IMG/VR virus record: IMGVR_UViG_3300038424_000251
Coordinates: 1 to 64,000 of that record
Length of the DNA stretch: 64,000 bases
Direction: 5' to 3' (one strand)
The notes under the pieces are model-generated. The model saw only the letters and a list, made by a program, of their open reading frames with translations. It had not been told where the DNA came from and searched no databases. Shown here one piece after another: positions 58,918 to 64,000 of this stretch. Position 1 is the first letter of the stretch. Each line of letters begins with the position of its first letter. The position numbers and the translations under genes were made by a program.

Positions 58918-59889
58918 ATGGAAAATATATTTTCTATGACAAACGATGAAGTAACCAATTACCTGTTGGAATGTGTAAACTTAAAACCTAATGATTTGAT
59001 TATTGATGACATTCAATGGAAATACTTGGTTTGGGCAGTCATACGGGGGAAAAATATTCTTTTTGTCGGACCAACAAGGTCTGGTAAAACCAAAGCTGCA
59101 AAATCGGTTGCAAAAATTTATGCAGATACCAGACAATTTTTTTACTTTAATCTTGGTTCAACTCAAGATGCAAGAGCTACTCTTATTGGTAATACAACAT
59201 TTAAGAAAGATGAAGGAACAATTTTCTACCCTTCAGAATTTGTCAAAGCAATTAGCACTCCCAATGCAATAATTCTTTTGGATGAATTATCAAGAGGTCA
59301 TCATGATGCATGGAATATTTTAATGCCTGTTTTGGATAGTACTCAAAAATATCTCAGATTGGATGAAACCGAAAATTCTGCCATAGTGCCTGTTGCGGAG
59401 GGCGTATCATTCATTGCAACAGCAAATATAGGCAATGAATATACAGCAACAAGAGTTATGGATAAAGCTCTGACTTCACGTTTCCCTGTCATTGTTGAAA
59501 TGAAAATTCTTAATGCAAAACAGGAAGAACATCTTTTGGAAGTTCTTTTCCCCACAACTACAGAAAAACAAAAAGAAAATTTTCATTTAATCACAAAAAT
59601 ATCAGAAGAAACAAAATTAGCCTGTAAAACAGAAAATCCAAAAATCAATACTTTTATTACAACGGATTCAGTAATTGAAATGGCAAATTTGGTATTGGAT
59701 GGATTTTCATTAAATGAAATTGCTGAAATGACAATTTATCCTCTTTATAGTGAAGATGGTGGTCAAGATTGTGAACGATTATTTGTAAAACAACTTACTC
59801 AAAAATACATTGATGTAAGTGCTTCAAAAACAACTACGCCAATAAATGACCCAAGACGAGGGGGTAAAATAAGAATTCCTTTTAAATGA
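58918..59889 (+). CDS. MoxR/CbbQ/CobS-like AAA+ ATPase
   Basis: GPTRSGKT, ILLDELSR, NILMPVLD, FIATANIG..Y, MDKALTSRF. Confidence 0.85.
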   Translation: MENIFSMTNDEVTNYLLECVNLKPNDLIIDDIQWKYLVWAVIRGKNILFVGPTRSGKTKAAKSVAKIYADTRQFFYFNLGSTQDARATLIGNTTFKKDEGTIFYPSEFVKAISTPNAIILLDELSRGHHDAWNILMPVLDSTQKYLRLDETENSAIVPVAEGVSFIATANIGNEYTATRVMDKALTSRFPVIVEMKILNAKQEEHLLEVLFPTTTEKQKENFHLITKISEETKLACKTENPKINTFITTDSVIEMANLVLDGFSLNEIAEMTIYPLYSEDGGQDCERLFVKQLTQKYIDVSASKTTTPINDPRRGGKIRIPFK

Positions 59890-62153
59890 GTGAAAATATC
59901 ATAAAATCGCAAGAAAAATCATATTCCGATTTCTGGTTAAATAAGGAATTATTGTATCAGTATATTCCAAATGGGGGTGATAAATTCTCAATGGATTTGA
60001 TACAACTTGCAGCTTATCGTAGAATTGTGTCTAATTTTGTATTTATTTTAACTCACTTGGATATTCCTGTTCAATTTTGTTCTAAAGAAAAATCTACACT
60101 TAATTTTACAGATGGGAATGTAGTATATTTATCAGCATCTATCCGAAGAAAATCGGATTTTGATTGGTCTGTTGGTGTTGCTTTGCATGAAGCATCACAT
60201 ATTTTATTGACAGATTTCGATGTCGCTAAATCTATATTTGCTAGAATTCCTATTCCCATCTCCCTTTCTTTAAAGAAAAAAGCTAAAGACAAAAACTTAT
60301 CAGAAGAATATATAGCAAATTTATGTAAATGGGTATGGAATTATGTGGAAGATAGATACATAGATAGTTATATTTTTAAAGAAGCACCGGGATATAGAGG
60401 ATATTATAAAGCAATGTATGAAAAATTTTGGAACAACGAACCAAATTCAAAGGCTCTAAAATCAGAAGCATTCAGAATTCCAAATCTTTTATCCTATGAA
60501 TTTCGTGTAATAAATTTAACTAATTTTGATACTGATTTGGATGCATTGCCGGGTTTAAGAGAAATTGCTGAATTAATTGATATTCAGAATATTTTTAGAT
60601 TAAAAACAACCGTTCAAAGAATTGACCTAAGTTATAAAATAGTTGAAATTATAATTGATAATTTGGAAAAACAAAAAGATGAAGCTAATCCTCATTCTGA
60701 TAATGCTACTGTTCAAAAAATTCACGACAAACTTTCAACAAAAAATGGTAATAATAGTCATAAAAAATGTAATGAAGAAAAAATCGAACAGTCAAAGAAT
60801 GAATTAAATACTGTAGAGAAAAACGAAACTTCTGAACAAAATAATAAAAACATTAAAAAAGATTTTAGTGAAAAAGAATTGGAAGGTTATATTAAACGAA
60901 TTAAAAATGGAGACATACAAATAGAATATTCTCCAGAAGATGCCGGTAATGTAAAAGATTTTTCTCAGGAAGAATTAGAAGAATTTAACAAAAATTTTAA
61001 TCAACAACGTGATATTCTTAATCACAATTATGATGGTATTAAGGAAAAAGTAACCAGACAACAAGAAGCTATTTTGGATGCTATTGAGAAAGCTGGTATT
61101 ATTTTAGTACCTGTTGGATTTGGTTTGAATGGTGATTATACTCAAGCTGCGGTGGATTGTATCGTTGTTAAAAAGTTAACAAAACAATTGATTGATTCAG
61201 GTCCATCTACTTTTCCATTAGCAGCAAAAGATAGTTCTGCGGCTGGGAGTACAAATGCTCCCCCCAAACTTTATGATAATGCGGTTGCTAAGGGATTTGT
61301 GTTAGGAAAACTTCTTGGGAAGAAACTTCAAATAAGGAATGAAGAAATTTTGACAAAATATATTAGAAAACGTTCTGGTAAAATTGAAAGAAGACTACTT
61401 TCAGATATAGGTGTTGGTTTTGAAAACATTTTTAACAAGATACAAAATGAAAAGTATAATAAAGCTAAACTTCATATTTCTGTTGATTCCAGTGGTTCAA
61501 TGCAATCTGAAAGTAAATGGTGCCCAACCATCACATGTGTTGTTGCTATTTGTGTTGCTACCTCAATGGTTGAAAATTTGGAAGTATCTGTGTCATTTAG
61601 AAGTACCATGAACACTTCAAATAATGTAGAAGTACCTTACGTTGTTTTGGCTTATGATTCAAAAACTGATAAAATTTCTAAAATAAGACGATTATTTCCA
61701 TACCTTTATGCTAGAGGTTCGACACCAGAAGGATTAGCTTTTGAATCAATTGCGGAAGAATTTATAATCGGTAAAAAAACAACTGAGAAAGACCATTATT
61801 TTCTTAATATTTCTGATGGTGAACCGTGTTATATGATTAGTCCACGAACTAACAAATATGGTGTGGGATTTAATTATACAGGCGAAACCGGTGCTCTTCA
61901 TACTAAGGCGCAAGTAGATAAACTTCGTTCTCATGGTGTAAAAATTCTTAGTTATTTTATTCAGGAAGATAATATACCAACGATTTTAACAGGACTAAAT
62001 TTCAACACCATTACAACCGATAAGAAAAGACAGTTGACGTTAAGAGAACTATTTTATATAATGTATGGAAAAGATGCACAATTTATTGATGTTGAGAATG
62101 TTATGGAGATTGCTAGAACCATCAATAAACTTTTTTTATTGAGAGAAGTATAA
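59886..62153 (+). CDS. VWA-domain partner (CobT-like) with N-terminal HExxH
   Basis: FTDG, ALHEASH, NYVEDRYID, SGKIERR, ISVDSSGSM (MIDAS), STPEG, ISDGEP. Confidence 0.8.
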   Translation: MSENIIKSQEKSYSDFWLNKELLYQYIPNGGDKFSMDLIQLAAYRRIVSNFVFILTHLDIPVQFCSKEKSTLNFTDGNVVYLSASIRRKSDFDWSVGVALHEASHILLTDFDVAKSIFARIPIPISLSLKKKAKDKNLSEEYIANLCKWVWNYVEDRYIDSYIFKEAPGYRGYYKAMYEKFWNNEPNSKALKSEAFRIPNLLSYEFRVINLTNFDTDLDALPGLREIAELIDIQNIFRLKTTVQRIDLSYKIVEIIIDNLEKQKDEANPHSDNATVQKIHDKLSTKNGNNSHKKCNEEKIEQSKNELNTVEKNETSEQNNKNIKKDFSEKELEGYIKRIKNGDIQIEYSPEDAGNVKDFSQEELEEFNKNFNQQRDILNHNYDGIKEKVTRQQEAILDAIEKAGIILVPVGFGLNGDYTQAAVDCIVVKKLTKQLIDSGPSTFPLAAKDSSAAGSTNAPPKLYDNAVAKGFVLGKLLGKKLQIRNEEILTKYIRKRSGKIERRLLSDIGVGFENIFNKIQNEKYNKAKLHISVDSSGSMQSESKWCPTITCVVAICVATSMVENLEVSVSFRSTMNTSNNVEVPYVVLAYDSKTDKISKIRRLFPYLYARGSTPEGLAFESIAEEFIIGKKTTEKDHYFLNISDGEPCYMISPRTNKYGVGFNYTGETGALHTKAQVDKLRSHGVKILSYFIQEDNIPTILTGLNFNTITTDKKRQLTLRELFYIMYGKDAQFIDVENVMEIARTINKLFLLREV

Positions 62154-62160
62154 ATAGATG

Positions 62161-62189
62161 TTGACAAAACAAAGAATTTATGATATAGT
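62161..62189 (+). promoter_or_regulatory. Sigma70-type promoter with extended -10
   Basis: TTGACA-17-TATAGT with TG at 62181-82. Confidence 0.7.
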
Positions 62190-62240
62190 GATTATAATAT
62201 AAGTTCTATATTTAATAGAGCACAACAAGAAGGTATAGTT

Positions 62241-62642
62241 ATGAGTATTAGAAAAACACAACGTAAAAATAAAACAAAGCAAGTTATTTCTTGGCCACCA
62301 CACGATTCATATTTTACTATTGATAGTTTGGTAGAAATAAATCCTCATATGCTTACATCATCAGGTTCAGATATCACTCTGAGAGTTCGATTGAACAAAG
62401 CAACAGATGAAGAAGGATTGGTAGCAGTAATAGGCCAAAAAAATTGTGGTAAAGGAAGACCGCAAAAAGTTTGGGCTATGCGACCTGTTAAACAATCTGC
62501 TATTGACAAAGCAAAAGCTGATGGCATTTCTTTAGATATACCAAAAATTATGACCGTTATGGAAATTTCCACACAAACAGCTACTCCTGCCGTAACACCC
62601 GTTACAAATATAGCGTCAACCGCCAAGACAGTAAATGCTTAA
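62241..62642 (+). CDS. Putative winged-helix DNA-binding protein
   Basis: FTIDSL...ITLRVRLNK...GKGRPQKVW (wing-like GRP motif). Confidence 0.45.
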   Translation: MSIRKTQRKNKTKQVISWPPHDSYFTIDSLVEINPHMLTSSGSDITLRVRLNKATDEEGLVAVIGQKNCGKGRPQKVWAMRPVKQSAIDKAKADGISLDIPKIMTVMEISTQTATPAVTPVTNIASTAKTVNA

Positions 62643-62665
62643 TCATATTAAAAAATATCATACAT

Positions 62666-62860
62666 ATGAAAAGAAAAAAGATTGCGAAAAAGAAATCGCA
62701 TTTGATTGACTTACATATGTATGGTATTTTTGATGTCAAGAGAAATACAATAATCAAAATTAGCCTTGACCCAACAGAAATACAAATGGAAATAGCCCTT
62801 TCAGGTGGGTTAAATGAAAATCTTACAGAATGTGAATTTAACGTTAAACTAGCTATTTAA
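62666..62860 (+). CDS. Small hypothetical protein
   Basis: ORF with ATG start. Confidence 0.45.
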   Translation: MKRKKIAKKKSHLIDLHMYGIFDVKRNTIIKISLDPTEIQMEIALSGGLNENLTECEFNVKLAI

Positions 62861-63369
62861 CTTTTTCCTTTGTAAGTCATAAAAAGTTTGAAGGAATTTT
62901 TAACTGCAATGTCTTCTTTATAGTAAAAAATAGTTGATGTTTTACTAATTTTATTTATTACTGCTTGAATTCTTTGATTAGACCCATAGGCCAAAGGCAT
63001 ACCAAATTCATCGTCAAATATCACCGATAAAACAGGACTGATTTTGAAATGATGATAGAAGAATTTATTAGGGTCCAGATAATGATATCTTAATGGTGGT
63101 TTTTGATGTAAGCCTTCTCCTTTGATTTCTATATATTTATTTGGTCCTTTTTCAAAAAACATTTGAGAATTCAATTCATAGTAAAACACAAAAGAATTTG
63201 GAGGAAGTTTGGTAGATTTTATAATAGCTATTGAACCTATCACAATAGGCATATCCATTTTAGCATCAAACAAAGCATCATTAGTCTCACTAAGTTTAAA
63301 ACAATGATAATATTTTGGTTTCGGTTGTTTTTTTATAACTTCTTTATCATTGACTTTATTTGTTGGCAT
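62857..63369 (-). CDS. Hypothetical protein with internal duplication
   Basis: YHCFKLS...FDAKMDMPIVIGS...VFYYE versus YHHFKIS...FDDEFGMPLAYGS...IFYYKE. Confidence 0.55.
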   Translation of the reverse strand: MPTNKVNDKEVIKKQPKPKYYHCFKLSETNDALFDAKMDMPIVIGSIAIIKSTKLPPNSFVFYYELNSQMFFEKGPNKYIEIKGEGLHQKPPLRYHYLDPNKFFYHHFKISPVLSVIFDDEFGMPLAYGSNQRIQAVINKISKTSTIFYYKEDIAVKNSFKLFMTYKGKS

Positions 63370-63383
63370 AATACAATATAAGT

Positions 63384-64000
63384 ATGAGTGAAGAATCTTT
63401 TTTCAATTTTGAACCACGGTCTGATGATATCAAGAAGAAAATATCAGAAGAAAGAAAAAAGATGAATGAGCCATTGGGGAAATATGCAAACAATGACATC
63501 GTTAAATCTACAACGGGAGAAGATATTTTTAATTTTGAAAAAAATAAGCAGAAACTTATAGATGATTTGAATTGGTTAAAATCTCTCAAAGTTGAAGAAT
63601 TTACATTTCGTAAAAAATTTGAAGAAATTCAATTGGTAAATGATTTTATTAAAAAATATGATACTAGAGCAAAAGCTAGAATATGGGAACCGACAAATAT
63701 CAATGATGAAGAACTTACCATTAAGGAAATCAACATTCTTCAACCGAAAGTAATTGTTGTTGTTGATGAATTTCAAGAACGGCTTTGGACTACTTTGAGA
63801 ATTTATTGCAGCACAGCAGAATATAACCAAGCACCCGGACGATTCATAAAATTCCTAATGATAGATAATATATCAAATCAAGTGTTGGGTATAGCTTCTA
63901 TTGCTAGTGATGTTATTTCTATATCTGCCAGAGATAAATTTATTGGTTGGACATCAGAAGATAAATTACAACACAAAATGTTGAAATATTCTGCTATAGG
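63384..64000 (+). CDS. DUF4338 / Druantia DruA-like protein, 3'-truncated (absent from ORF track)
   Basis: Hand translation is open to the window end: MSEESFFNFE...NQAPGRFIKFLMID...LGIASIASDVISISARDKFIGW. Confidence 0.6.
   Translation, partial: MSEESFFNFEPRSDDIKKKISEERKKMNEPLGKYANNDIVKSTTGEDIFNFEKNKQKLIDDLNWLKSLKVEEFTFRKKFEEIQLVNDFIKKYDTRAKARIWEPTNINDEELTIKEINILQPKVIVVVDEFQERLWTTLRIYCSTAEYNQAPGRFIKFLMIDNISNQVLGIASIASDVISISARDKFIGWTSEDKLQHKMLKYSAI

Noticed and set aside
1282-63830. Short opposite-strand and alternate-frame ORFs in the track (e.g. 1282..1536, 35566..36159, 43329..43664, 63576..63830)
   Set aside because: They are shadows of longer, motif-bearing genes and lack initiation signals or recognisable domains.
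1-64000. Stop-codon reassignment as seen in some jumbo phages
   Set aside because: Core genes are full length under code 11, and TAA, TGA and TAG all end genes with normal packing.
1-64000. tRNA or rRNA genes
   Set aside because: No cloverleaf or T-loop signature was noticed in the few intergenic gaps; tRNAscan-SE would be needed to exclude them formally.

Overview
This is a ~30% GC (estimated by eye), densely coding segment of a large T4-like (jumbo-type) myophage genome using genetic code 11. The left and middle parts hold the virion morphogenesis region: tail-fibre/collar genes, neck, head completion, tail terminator, Ser-rich fibre proteins, sheath, tube, tail-assembly chaperone, tape measure and baseplate. 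The right part holds replication and metabolism genes: a short family-A DNA polymerase, gp32-like SSB, RecA, 5'-3' exonuclease, DNA MTase, DnaB-like helicase, class II RNR, Mom-like protein, MoxR AAA plus VWA pair and a truncated DUF4338/DruA-like gene. The main unexplained structure is that about 20 unrelated proteins, interleaved with the structural genes, carry a common leader (MIKLKxLIxE or KxLIKEIIxE). Several look like polyproteins whose modules meet at [ILVM]-x-E junctions. Their cargo domains include a 2H phosphoesterase (Acb1-like), a CCA-adding enzyme, GNATs, HExxH zincins, an ART-like protein, a lysozyme, nucleotidyltransferases, Zn fingers and an unnamed shared C-terminal domain. 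I infer a capsid-targeted, protease-matured, injected effector arsenal. Other signals are a sense-strand TATTTATA late-promoter candidate with often leaderless spacing, a probable +1 frameshift in the tail chaperone, strong GATC and CCWGG avoidance, and an orphan antisense sigma70 promoter. All family assignments come from motifs read by eye; no database searches were run.
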